DNA of 64,000 nt from an uncultured delta proteobacterium (lineage in GTDB: Bacteria > Myxococcota_A > Polyangia > Polyangiales > Houyiibacteriaceae), in assembly GCA_963817725.1 (NCBI GenBank), contig CAWFPD010000007.1, positions 215,750-279,749 of the forward strand. The letters are read 5' to 3'. This document shows, piece after piece, positions 9,851 to 20,853 of this stretch (its first letter is position 1; the number at the start of each line of letters is the position of its first letter). Under the pieces are notes generated by a model. It worked only from the letters and a program-made list of their open reading frames with translations, had not been told where the DNA came from and searched no databases. The position numbers and the translations under genes are program-made.

Positions 9851-12225
9851 GCGACGCAGAGCACAAGACCCTGGCCGATCTCGAGTGGGAGCAAGTCGAG
9901 CAGGCCGTCGCCGAACGCTGTCACGGTCCGCTTCGGGAAAGCCTCACGCTGCCTCTGGCCGAGTCGTACGACGAGACCGCCCGGGCGCTCTCGGAGTCCG
10001 AGGAAGCATGGAGGCTTCTCGCGCGTAGCGACCCGATGCCGCTCGAAGGGATTTGCGATATCGCCCGCTCGCTACACCATCTGCAGCGCGAGGGAGTCCT
10101 GGACGGACCGGCGCTCAAGGACATCCGAATGACCTTGCGGGCGGCCGCGGCGCTGCGCCGCTTTCTCGGACAACGCAAGGCCAGCGTTCCGTTTCTGCAT
10201 CACGCCTGCGTCATCGATCCAACGCTCGATGGGCTCGAGGAAGAGATCGGGATGTCCATCGCGGAGGACGGCACGATTCTGGACTCGGCGAGCGCAGAGC
10301 TGGCGAAGGTTCGCGAAGAAGCGGCCAATCTTCGTGCCCGCATCATCCGAAGGCTCGAAGACATCATTCAGAAGCGGGGCGCGATCTTGCAGGATTCGTT
10401 CTATACGATTCGGGAAGGTCGATATGTGCTTCCCGTTCGTGCGGACGCGCATGAGCGCTTTCATGGAATCGTGCATGGCTCGAGCGCCAGTGGGGCCACG
10501 ATCTTCGTGGAGCCGCGCGAGCTGGTGGAGCGAGGCAATCGACTCAAGATGGCGCAGGCCGAGATCGAACGTGAGGAGCGACGGATCCTCGGCGTGCTCT
10601 CCGAGCTCGTGCGGCAATACGTACCCCAGCTGAGATCCGCCGCTGAATCGCTCGATCATGCGGATTTACGGAACGCGAGCGCGCGGCTCGCGGTCGATTT
10701 GCGCGCGTGCTTCGTAGCCCTGTGTGAGGAGCCGAGGATCTCGCTCCGGGGAGCGCGCCATCCCCTCCTCGTCATTCGCGGCCTGCACGTGGTTCCGAAC
10801 GATCTCGAGCTTTCCGGCGGCGAGGCGCTCGTCATCTCGGGGCCGAACGCCGGCGGAAAGACCGTCGCGCTCAAGATGCTCGGGTTGGCGGCGCTCATGA
10901 CCCGAGCCGGGCTTCCGGTGCCGGTGGAGGAGGGCAGCTCTTGCGGCTTCTTCGCGCCCGTCCTGGCAGCAGTTGGAGACGAGCAGAGCCTAGAGCGAGA
11001 CTTGTCGACGTTTTCTGCGCATCTAGTGACGCTTACGAGCATTCTCGAACGCGCCGGGGAACGGGTCCTCGTGCTGCTCGACGAGCTAGCCGGATCGACC
11101 GACCCCGAAGCGGGTGCAGCTCTAGCTTGCGCCGTGGTCAAAGCATTGGTCGATCGGGGAACCGCGGTCGCCGTGACAACGCACTACGAAGCGCTGAAGG
11201 CGCTCGCGGCGGAGCGTGACGACATGCACAATGCCGCGGTCGGGTTCGACTTCGAACGCATGGCACCCACGTTTCATTTGACGATGGGGGTGCCCGGCGG
11301 ATCGAACGCACTGGAGGTTGCGCGCCGCTATGGCATTTCAGAGGCGGTCGTCGAAGACGCTCGCAGGATGTTGCCCGAGCATTCCCGGAGCTTCGAGGCG
11401 CTCGTTGCCAAGCTCGAGGCTGCAACCGGCGCTGCCAATCGGGAGCGGGCAGCTCTGGAACAGGAGCGAACGGTCGCTCGCCAAGAGCGGGCGGCGTTCG
11501 AAGTGCGCCAGCAGGCCTTGGAGGCGCGCGAAGCCAAGGGGCTCGGCCAAGCGGCGCAGCAGCTCATCGATCGAGCTCGAGAGCTTCAAAACAGGCTCGA
11601 TCGAGCCAAAAAGGATCTCCGTAACCGGCCCGAGCGGGAGCAGGTGACCGCTGCAAGTGAGGCTGCGCGCGAAGCGGGCACGCTCCTCGGAGCGCTCGAC
11701 GAGCACCGTCTTTCGCTCGAGCCCAAACCCGTGCAGACGTCGGCCATCGATCCGGATGCCATCAAGATCGGTGATCACGTCTGGGTTGACCGCCTTCGCA
11801 GCGTCGCGGACGTGATCGAAGGACCGGCACGAGGCAAGGTGCGAGTCGCTGCAGGCATGATGAAGCTCTGGGTGGATGTCACAGACCTGCGAGCGCTCGA
11901 GCGAGTTGCTGAGGCACGGGTCCAGGAGCCTGCTGCCGTCTCGGGCGCGCATCCCAAGGTGCCCCATGCCGTCCGCACGAGCGACAACACGCTCGACGTG
12001 CGCGGGTTGCGCGCAGAGGAGGCCGTTGCGCTGACCGAAGCGTTCTTGGATCGCATGTATGGGGCTGCAGAGCCGAACGCATACATCGTCCATGGGGTCG
12101 GTAGCGGCGCGCTGCGCGACGCCATCCGAGAGCTCCTCTCGCGCGACGATACCTACGTCGAAGGTTTTCGCGAGGCCTCGCAGGAAGAGGGCGGACCGCA
12201 AGTGACCGTGGTGTCCTTGAGATAG
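9847..12225 (+). CDS. mutS2: endonuclease MutS2 (MutS-type ATPase plus Smr domain)
   Basis: Walker A GPNAGGKTV, LVLLDELAGSTDP, C-terminal Smr LDVRGLRAEEA...IVHGVGSGALR. GTG at 9847 overlaps the kinase stop (GTGA). The tracked ORF upstream of that lies in the kinase gene. Confidence 0.88.
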   Translation: MSDAEHKTLADLEWEQVEQAVAERCHGPLRESLTLPLAESYDETARALSESEEAWRLLARSDPMPLEGICDIARSLHHLQREGVLDGPALKDIRMTLRAAAALRRFLGQRKASVPFLHHACVIDPTLDGLEEEIGMSIAEDGTILDSASAELAKVREEAANLRARIIRRLEDIIQKRGAILQDSFYTIREGRYVLPVRADAHERFHGIVHGSSASGATIFVEPRELVERGNRLKMAQAEIEREERRILGVLSELVRQYVPQLRSAAESLDHADLRNASARLAVDLRACFVALCEEPRISLRGARHPLLVIRGLHVVPNDLELSGGEALVISGPNAGGKTVALKMLGLAALMTRAGLPVPVEEGSSCGFFAPVLAAVGDEQSLERDLSTFSAHLVTLTSILERAGERVLVLLDELAGSTDPEAGAALACAVVKALVDRGTAVAVTTHYEALKALAAERDDMHNAAVGFDFERMAPTFHLTMGVPGGSNALEVARRYGISEAVVEDARRMLPEHSRSFEALVAKLEAATGAANRERAALEQERTVARQERAAFEVRQQALEAREAKGLGQAAQQLIDRARELQNRLDRAKKDLRNRPEREQVTAASEAAREAGTLLGALDEHRLSLEPKPVQTSAIDPDAIKIGDHVWVDRLRSVADVIEGPARGKVRVAAGMMKLWVDVTDLRALERVAEARVQEPAAVSGAHPKVPHAVRTSDNTLDVRGLRAEEAVALTEAFLDRMYGAAEPNAYIVHGVGSGALRDAIRELLSRDDTYVEGFREASQEEGGPQVTVVSLR

Positions 12226-12228
12226 CTG

Positions 12229-14438
<2,210 letters not shown>

Positions 14439-14446
14439 GCATCGAA

Positions 14447-15589
14447 TCACGCAGCGGCGAATCGCCCAACGGAGCCGCTGTCGTACTGGCCCGCGCGAAA
14501 CGCGTGATTGCTCAAGATGCGGCGCAGTGCTGCTATGTTGGTCGAAAACGGCGCTACACGCATTTCAGCCAACATTCGGTCCATCGACAACAGGGCCGCA
14601 TGACGAATCGGCGCGTGGGCTGAGAGCTTTGCAATCAGCGGTCTGTCGTCGCCCGGAAGCGGCATCCCTACCGTGGCAGACGTAGTGGCCCGAACCCTTC
14701 CTTGGGGAGCTGGGGCGACCGAGTAGGACTCGACCACTGCATCCTGCTGATCGACGGCGAAGACCGAAGCGTCGAGCGCGTGCCCTTTGGGCTCGAGGAT
14801 GCTCAACTCCTCGGAAAGCGGCTCGCCGCACGCAATCCCAAGCTGAAGCGCGACCAAATCGACACCGGTGACCATCTCGACGAGCGTATGATGGCGTGGC
14901 AGGCCGATGCTCACGTTTGCTACCCATGACCGGCCCCGTGGGTCGACCTGGAACACCACCTCGAGGAGGCCAGCGTAACGGAGTGCGGCGACCAGACATC
15001 GCGCGCTTTCGAACAACGCGAGCCGGAATGCCTCTCCGTCCGGCCGGAACAAGAGCTCGGGGGAAGGGGTCTCGTGAATTAGTATTTGATCGGTCGTCGA
15101 CAGGCTGCGGTCACATTCTGCCAGGGCCGTGATCTCACCGTGAGAATCGGCCGCGACCAGCACGGCCAGCTCCCGCGGGCTCGACAGCGCTCCGGCGTCG
15201 AAGACGGTTCGGACGTGGGCGCGGTCCGCGGCCGAATGCACGGTGCTGGGGTCTGCAAGCGCGCTGAGCACGTCGAGGTCCGTGCCGATCACTGCGACCC
15301 CAGCTTGCTCCGCTGCGCTCGCGAGCTCGAACACCGCTGGTTGTCCCTGGTAACCGACGTGCACCGCATCGGCTCCGGCTTGGGCTATGATGTCGGGGAG
15401 CTGGTCGGCCGGGATGACGTCCGACTCGTCGAAGTCGACCGCGATGCGGTGGTCTGCAGCCTCTACGTGACGGCTCACGGGGCCACTCTTAGGCGCGACG
15501 ACCGTCGATTCGATACCGAGCCGCCGGCAGCTCCGCGCGACGCGAGTTGCGGCCTCTCCGCGTCTGAGGATCAGGACCTTCTTGAACAC
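14447..15589 (-). CDS. biotin carboxylase-like ATP-grasp protein, shortened and degenerate
   Basis: N-domain KKVLILRRGEAATRVARSCRRLGIESTVV resembles AccC. ELAVLVAADSHGEITALAECDRSLS and ANVSIGLPRHHTLVEMVTGVDLVALQL parallel PRHIEIQVLAD..ERDCSIQRR and EMNTRIQVEH..TGVDLV, but the catalytic residues are substituted. Confidence 0.6.
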   Translation of the reverse strand: MFKKVLILRRGEAATRVARSCRRLGIESTVVAPKSGPVSRHVEAADHRIAVDFDESDVIPADQLPDIIAQAGADAVHVGYQGQPAVFELASAAEQAGVAVIGTDLDVLSALADPSTVHSAADRAHVRTVFDAGALSSPRELAVLVAADSHGEITALAECDRSLSTTDQILIHETPSPELLFRPDGEAFRLALFESARCLVAALRYAGLLEVVFQVDPRGRSWVANVSIGLPRHHTLVEMVTGVDLVALQLGIACGEPLSEELSILEPKGHALDASVFAVDQQDAVVESYSVAPAPQGRVRATTSATVGMPLPGDDRPLIAKLSAHAPIRHAALLSMDRMLAEMRVAPFSTNIAALRRILSNHAFRAGQYDSGSVGRFAAA

Positions 15590-15674
15590 CGGCCGAGCAT
15601 AGCAACGACCTTGCCGTTGGCACCCCGCATGCCTCGCCTTGACCGACGAGGACCTCGATACCAGGAGCTACTCG

Positions 15675-16118
15675 ATGCCCGTGTGGCTCCGTTCTCGCGG
15701 TCTGACCCGCCGTTCCGTCCGACACGATGCCCTGCGTTGGCGCGCCGAGGCGATGTTGGACGCGCTGGGCTTGAAGGACACCGAGCTTTCGATTCTCCTA
15801 TGCGACGACGAGACCATCCGAAAGCTCAATCGCCAATACCGGAAAAAGGACAAGGCGACCGACGTCCTCGCTTTCCCCATGCAAGAGGGCCCTGGCCCGA
15901 CCGCGCACACCGGCCTGCTCGGCGACGTGGTGATCTCCGTGCCGACTGCGGCACGTCAAGCGGCCGAGGGCGATCGTCCGATCGTCGAAGAAGTGACCTT
16001 TTTGTTGGCTCATGGGTTACTCCATCTGCTGGGGTACGATCACGCCGATGAGCGCGAAGAGCGGGAAATGAGGGCCCGGACGGAGGAGCTCCTCGCCTCG
16101 GTCCAAGCCGCGCGTTAG
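15675..16118 (+). CDS. ybeY: rRNA maturation RNase YbeY
   Basis: Metal-binding motif HGLLHLLGYDH and TDVLAFPM. ATG at 15675 follows AGGAG; the tracked ORF starts at a TTG at 15639. Confidence 0.85.
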   Translation: MPVWLRSRGLTRRSVRHDALRWRAEAMLDALGLKDTELSILLCDDETIRKLNRQYRKKDKATDVLAFPMQEGPGPTAHTGLLGDVVISVPTAARQAAEGDRPIVEEVTFLLAHGLLHLLGYDHADEREEREMRARTEELLASVQAAR

Positions 16119-16413
16119 CTGGTCAGATCATGTGGAAAACCTCGCAAGATAGATCGATTTATCCCCTTCCGATCTTCATAATGCGTGTGCGATTCCCACT
16201 GCAATCACTTGAAACTAGGGTGCTTTTGCCTCGAGGTTGAAAACGGCACAGGTCGCGGGCTTTGGGATCGTGAGCCTTGTGGAAGACTTGTGGGTAACGT
16301 GGACGTGGAGCCGTTTACCAGGCGCCACGATGCGGCGGATGCACGAGGCCCGCTCACTTAACCCCGGAAATTTCTCCGCGAAACCGCACAAAGGCCCTTG
16401 TCAGCAAGGAAAA

Positions 16414-16457
16414 CCCCAGGCATAGATGGCGCCGTGCCTGCCTGGGGGCTTCTTTTT
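16414..16457 (+). terminator. putative intrinsic terminator/attenuator upstream of the HU gene
   Basis: 9-bp stem CCCCAGGCA (16414-16422) pairs with TGCCTGGGG (16439-16447), followed by GCTTCTTTTTC. Confidence 0.45.
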
Positions 16458-16508
16458 CGGGGCCTTTCATTTGGACCGAAGGGCAGGCCACGGAGTTAGG
16501 AGGGAATT

Positions 16509-16823
16509 ATGGCAGGAGCCAAGCGAATGACCAAGGCCCAGATCATGGGCGAGCTGGCCGACAAGAGCGGCCTTACCAAGAAGGAAATTTCCAACGTCTT
16601 CGAGGCGCTTCGAGACCTGGTGAAGAAAGAGCTGGGCCGCCGTGGCCCCGGAGAGTTCGTCATTCCGGACATGATCAAGCTCAAGGTTCGTAAGATTCCG
16701 GCGAAGCCCGCTCGGATGGGACGCAATCCGGCAACCGGCGAGGAGATGATGCTTCCGCCCAAGCCTGCATCCAAGAAGATCCGCGCAACGCCACTCAAGA
16801 AGCTGAAGGACCTGGTCCTCTAG
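16509..16823 (+). CDS. HU family DNA-binding protein
   Basis: MTKAQIMGELADKSGLTKKEISNVFEAL... and beta-arm RMGRNPATGEEMMLPPKP. AGGAGG lies 6 nt upstream of the ATG. Confidence 0.9.
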   Translation: MAGAKRMTKAQIMGELADKSGLTKKEISNVFEALRDLVKKELGRRGPGEFVIPDMIKLKVRKIPAKPARMGRNPATGEEMMLPPKPASKKIRATPLKKLKDLVL

Positions 16824-16846
16824 TCTTTCGAGACGATGGAATCCGC

Positions 16847-16874
16847 AAAAAAGGGGCCTCAGGGCCCCTTTTTC
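16847..16874. terminator. bidirectional intrinsic terminator
   Basis: AAAAAA-GGGGCC-TCAG-GGCCCC-TTTTT hairpin between convergent genes. It overlaps the last codons of the minus-strand ORF. Confidence 0.6.
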
Positions 16875-17737
16875 GCTGGGTTCGATCGGTTCGTCTCGGG
16901 ACGAGGACGCGTTGCGCCGCCGGCTCCTTGCAAACGTCCTTCCGCGTAGCTGAGGAGAAAGCGAATCTGGTCGGCATTGAGCTTGAAGGAGATTTCGACT
17001 CGTTCTTCGTCTGGGGTGAGCTCCATCCGCCGCAGGGTCTTGCCAAAGCCGGCCAGCGTCATGAACAGTTGTTGCGAGTAGAAGGCCGTGACCTTCTTCC
17101 AGTACTCGGCTGCACGCACTGCGTCCTCGTGCGAGGCATACGTTGCGCGCACGGCCACCGTTGCTTCGTTGGGTCCGGTTTCGCGGACAGCGACACGCAG
17201 TCGAGTCGGTACGTGCTTGATGCTTCCGATGACGAAGCGGTGGACCCCTTCGACCTCTAATGAGATGGCTTCCCCTGGACCCATCGATAGCAGCGCATCG
17301 GGTCCATGCGCTTCTACGAGTCCTTCGTCATCGGCGTCGCGAAGCTGGCGTGCTTTGGTCAGCGCGAGCACGCGTCCGAGGTCCTGGCGCCGCATGATGC
17401 TGAAATGATGTGGGCTCAGCAACGCAATGGTACGCCGCGTCTCGTCCCGATTGTTCCATGCCGCGATCGGTACGCCGAAGCGCCGCTGCCAACGAACCCT
17501 CTTGCCTTGGGAGCGGGCTAGCCGACGAGCGCTTTCGCGCGCAAAGCTCGCATCGTGCCGGTGCTTACCAGCGAGCACGAGCCTGGATCGCTCGAGGTTG
17601 GGCGTGGCCACGAGCAATCGATCGAGGTCGGACACCGGGTCGATGCCCGAGCCGTCCAGAAGCAGCTGCCAGTCGGGCACGCCCTGCAAAAACCGGGTAA
17701 CGTCCGGTCCCAGAGGCGATTCACGGATGCGCTTCAT
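16859..17737 (-). CDS. hypothetical protein
   Basis: 292-aa ORF with protein-like composition; ATGA start/stop overlap with the upstream ORF at 17734-17737. No motif recognised. Confidence 0.6.
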   Translation of the reverse strand: MKRIRESPLGPDVTRFLQGVPDWQLLLDGSGIDPVSDLDRLLVATPNLERSRLVLAGKHRHDASFARESARRLARSQGKRVRWQRRFGVPIAAWNNRDETRRTIALLSPHHFSIMRRQDLGRVLALTKARQLRDADDEGLVEAHGPDALLSMGPGEAISLEVEGVHRFVIGSIKHVPTRLRVAVRETGPNEATVAVRATYASHEDAVRAAEYWKKVTAFYSQQLFMTLAGFGKTLRRMELTPDEERVEISFKLNADQIRFLLSYAEGRLQGAGGATRPRPETNRSNPAKKGP

Positions 17738-18222
17738 GTCGATCCGCAGTGCCAGTTGAGCTCCGGGCGGAATTCGGGAGGGGCCGGTGATGGTGGGCGA
17801 GGCGATGGGGATGGAATCGTTGTCGCGTCGTTTCTCGCGTCGGTTTCCGCGTCGGTTTCCGCGTCCGCGTCCGTGTTGGCGTCCGCGTCGGTTTCCGCGT
17901 CCGCGTCGGTGTTGGCGTCCGCGTCCGTCTCCGGCGTGGACGGGACGCCTGCGTCGACGACGGGGGCGGGGAGGTGGGCCCGGGATCCGGGGTTGGCTTT
18001 CGAGGCAGCCAGCGCGGCGCCGGACGGCTGAGGGGGCGCTCCCGCCATCGCCATTTCTTCGGTTAGGCCGAACTCCACCTCCGCCGGCAATACCAGCTCG
18101 AAATCGAAGTCGAAGCTGGAGGTCACGCTCGTTACGTACGCAAAGAGCGCGAGATGCAGCGCGAGCGATGCCGCCATTCCGAACGTCGCAGAAAAGGCTT
18201 CGAGTCGTTGACCGGCACCCAT
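17734..18222 (-). CDS. membrane-anchored hypothetical protein with acidic TDADA(N/E) repeats
   Basis: Hydrophobic segment MAASLALHLALFAYVTSV, then ETDADANTDADAETDADANTDADAETDAETDARND. Start uncertain (GTG 18264, ATG 18222 or ATG 18177). Confidence 0.5.
   Translation of the reverse strand: MGAGQRLEAFSATFGMAASLALHLALFAYVTSVTSSFDFDFELVLPAEVEFGLTEEMAMAGAPPQPSGAALAASKANPGSRAHLPAPVVDAGVPSTPETDADANTDADAETDADANTDADAETDAETDARNDATTIPSPSPRPPSPAPPEFRPELNWHCGST
17825..17932 (-). repeat. tandem coding repeat (6/36-bp periodicity, GCGTC[CG] units)
   Basis: gcgtcggtttcc gcgtccgcgtccgtgttg gcgtccgcgtcggtttcc gcgtccgcgtcggtgttg ... encodes the TDADANTDADAE x2 acidic tract. Confidence 0.8.
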
Positions 18223-18251
18223 GCTAATGACACTCGTAGCAGACCCCGGCC

Positions 18252-19757
18252 GTGCGACGCACACGACGAGCTTTGTTCAGGCGTTGCGGTGTGCCTTTCG
18301 GTGCCATCGTCGCGCTTCTTTTCGTAGGCTGTAGCCTCGACGAGCCTTTGTCCGTGCTCACGGATCCGCACGAGGAGGAACCGCGCGATCTGGGCCCTCC
18401 GCAGCGCGTGTTTGCCAAACGTTTCGTCGCTCCGATCCGGGATGCCCCGAGCCCGAACGGGCAACGCATCGGTTACCTGCGCGCCGGCGCGCTTCTACAC
18501 TCGACCACCACCGAGCCGATCGGGCGCGAAGGATGCGAGGGCGGATGGTACGAGCTCGACACCGGTGGCTACGTTTGCCAGGGCCGCGATGTCATCGTGT
18601 TTTCCGGGGAACGTCTTCCAGAGCTTCGCGCGAAGCAGCCGGACCTCGATGCGGTGCTGCCGTACGAGTATGCCACCGTTCGCAGCAGGACACCCCTTTA
18701 CAGGCGGTTGCCCAAAGCCGACGAAGTCTACGTGCCGCCTGCACAGGGCGCGTCCGAACACGGCGAGGAAGCTCCAGCTGCCGAGCCCGGCGTCGACAAT
18801 CCACTCGTGGTGCGCATTCTCGAGCCGGGGTTCTACGTCAGTCTCGACCGCGCTTTCGAACGCGATGGCGAGACCTATTGGCGCACCCAGCAAAACGGGT
18901 TCGTCGCTGCCAAGGCCCTCCGGCTGCCGAAGTGGAGCGACTTTCACGGCCAAGCGCTCGACGGCGAAGCTTGGGATCTTCCAGTGGCATTAACCAAGCG
19001 GGAGCAGACCACCGCCTACCGTTTGAACGACCGGGGCAAGCTCCGGGCGACTCGCGAGCGGTTTGCGCGCCGAACCTGGCTGTCCGTTCGCTCGCGCCGG
19101 CAGATCGACGATCAAGTCTATTTGCTCGTCGGAGATAACCGGTTGGTTCGCGAAGCCGAGGTGTTGGTCGTCGCCCCGAGCGCACCCCCCGGAGGGGTGG
19201 CCGAGGGCGAACGCTGGATCGACGTCGACCTCACCCATCAAGCCTTGGTCGCATACGACTGGAAGCAGCCGCGTTACGTCACGCTGATTTCCACGGGACG
19301 GCGGAACACGCCGAGCCCCGATCTAGACTACCGAACGCCCAAGGGTCTGTTTCGCATTCGCGGCAAACATCTCACCTCGACCATGGACAGCGATGAGCCC
19401 GGTGCCCCGCCGTACTCGCTCGAAGACGTGCCGTATGTGATGTATTTCGAGGGTGCGTACGCATTTCACAGCGCGTTCTGGCACGACCAGTTCGGGCACC
19501 CACGAAGCCACGGCTGCATCAATCTCGCCCCACGCGACGCCAAGTGGCTCTACAACTGGGCAGGGCCGGACCTGCCTGCGACCTGGCACGGTGGATCGGC
19601 CACGGAGGAAAACCCGGGAACCTGGGTCTATGTACACGGCGAAACGCCGGGAAGGTCGCGCCGTTCCGGGACAGGGGCAGGCACAGCACCAGCGTCAGCG
19701 TCGGCGCCAGCGTCCGAGCCTGCGTCGGCGCCAGAGCCAGCACCAGCGCCCGAGTGA
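18252..19757 (+). CDS. L,D-transpeptidase (YkuD) lipoprotein with SH3-like domain
   Basis: GTG start; lipobox ALLFVGC; catalytic motif HSAFWHDQFGHPRSHGCINL; low-complexity APASASAPASEPASAPEPAPAPE tail. Confidence 0.85.
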   Translation: MRRTRRALFRRCGVPFGAIVALLFVGCSLDEPLSVLTDPHEEEPRDLGPPQRVFAKRFVAPIRDAPSPNGQRIGYLRAGALLHSTTTEPIGREGCEGGWYELDTGGYVCQGRDVIVFSGERLPELRAKQPDLDAVLPYEYATVRSRTPLYRRLPKADEVYVPPAQGASEHGEEAPAAEPGVDNPLVVRILEPGFYVSLDRAFERDGETYWRTQQNGFVAAKALRLPKWSDFHGQALDGEAWDLPVALTKREQTTAYRLNDRGKLRATRERFARRTWLSVRSRRQIDDQVYLLVGDNRLVREAEVLVVAPSAPPGGVAEGERWIDVDLTHQALVAYDWKQPRYVTLISTGRRNTPSPDLDYRTPKGLFRIRGKHLTSTMDSDEPGAPPYSLEDVPYVMYFEGAYAFHSAFWHDQFGHPRSHGCINLAPRDAKWLYNWAGPDLPATWHGGSATEENPGTWVYVHGETPGRSRRSGTGAGTAPASASAPASEPASAPEPAPAPE

Positions 19758-19779
19758 CCGTTTGCGCCCCGCGGCAGCT

Positions 19780-20799
19780 TTACTTGGCGAGTGCGGCTCG
19801 GACGGCCTTCAGCAACTTCACTCCGGCGGGCCCGGTTTGTTTCGCGATGTCCTCGGGAACACCCTTTTCCTTGTCCTTGAATTTCTGGAGCTCCGCGTCG
19901 GTTGGGTCGTGAATGTCGTAACCGTAACGAACGAGGTTTTTCAGCAAGACCGGCTCCATCTTGCGAACCTGCTCACGGCCCCACGTGGTGAGGTCGTAAG
20001 GCACGCTCAAGAGCACCTTCTGGATGTCCGCCGGCAACGTATCAAACCACTTCTTCGAGTACACCACGATGCCCGGTTGATAGGAGTGTTTCGAGAGGAA
20101 CAGGTTGCGCTCACCTTCACCGAGGCCCTGGTACCAGGTCGTGGCCATCGCAAAAAGCGGGGTGTTGTCGAAGCCGTCGACGACACCCGTCTGAAGGCTG
20201 GTCATCGTGTTAGCCACGTCGATGGTCACCGGGCTCGCACCAAGCGCCCGATAGGCCTCGACGTGCGCAATGGCTTCCTGGGAGCGGAAGCGAACGCCCT
20301 TCATGTCCTCGGGCGTGCGAATCGGCCGGCGGCTGAAATACGACCGAAAGCCGTTTTCACCCCACAGCCCGAACACGAGCTGTTGCTTTTCGAGGATCTC
20401 TCGCACCTGCCTTAGCACTTCGGGGTCGTCCAGGGCCTTGTCTGCCTCCTGAACCGTGTCGAAGACGTAGGGGGCCTCGAGCACGTTCACCTCGCGGACG
20501 ATCGAGCTCAGCCCGCCTGCAGACCCGGCGAAGCCCTGCTTGCTTCCCATCTGGGCGCGTCGAGCCAGCGAGCGTTCGTTCGAGCCGCCCAGCCGGAGCT
20601 TCACCTTGACCCTCCCGCCGGTCTCTTCTTCGATGTACTTCTTCAATCTCTTGAGCTGGAGCGCCCACGGGCTGCCCGAGGGGACGACCGTCCCCAACTC
20701 CAATTCGAATTCGTGTTCTTGAGCCGTTGCCGGCGCCAGTGCGGCAAACAGGAGGGAAAGGGCGACGAACGCCGCGACAAAAGGAACGGAATTACGCAT
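19780..20799 (-). CDS. TRAP transporter substrate-binding protein (DctP family)
   Basis: Signal peptide MRNSVPFVAAFVALSLLFAALAPATA. DctP-like pattern GSPWALQLKRLKKYIEEETGGRVKVKL...LEAPYVF...FRSQEAIAHVEAYRALGASPV. Confidence 0.85.
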   Translation of the reverse strand: MRNSVPFVAAFVALSLLFAALAPATAQEHEFELELGTVVPSGSPWALQLKRLKKYIEEETGGRVKVKLRLGGSNERSLARRAQMGSKQGFAGSAGGLSSIVREVNVLEAPYVFDTVQEADKALDDPEVLRQVREILEKQQLVFGLWGENGFRSYFSRRPIRTPEDMKGVRFRSQEAIAHVEAYRALGASPVTIDVANTMTSLQTGVVDGFDNTPLFAMATTWYQGLGEGERNLFLSKHSYQPGIVVYSKKWFDTLPADIQKVLLSVPYDLTTWGREQVRKMEPVLLKNLVRYGYDIHDPTDAELQKFKDKEKGVPEDIAKQTGPAGVKLLKAVRAALAK

Positions 20800-20853
20800 T
20801 GGATTCTCCTCGGGCTAACCTCGTGGACGAGCTCGCAGCCGACACTATTCAGC

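Noticed and set aside
16236-16413. Assigning the ybeY-HU intergenic RNA to a known family (6S, SRP/4.5S, tmRNA, RNase P).
   Set aside because: None of the hallmark consensus strings is present (for example the SRP GGAAG...AGCA apical motif, the tmRNA tag region or the RNase P GAGGAAAGUCC motif). A partial CCGTTTACCAGG resemblance to 4.5S RNA does not extend.
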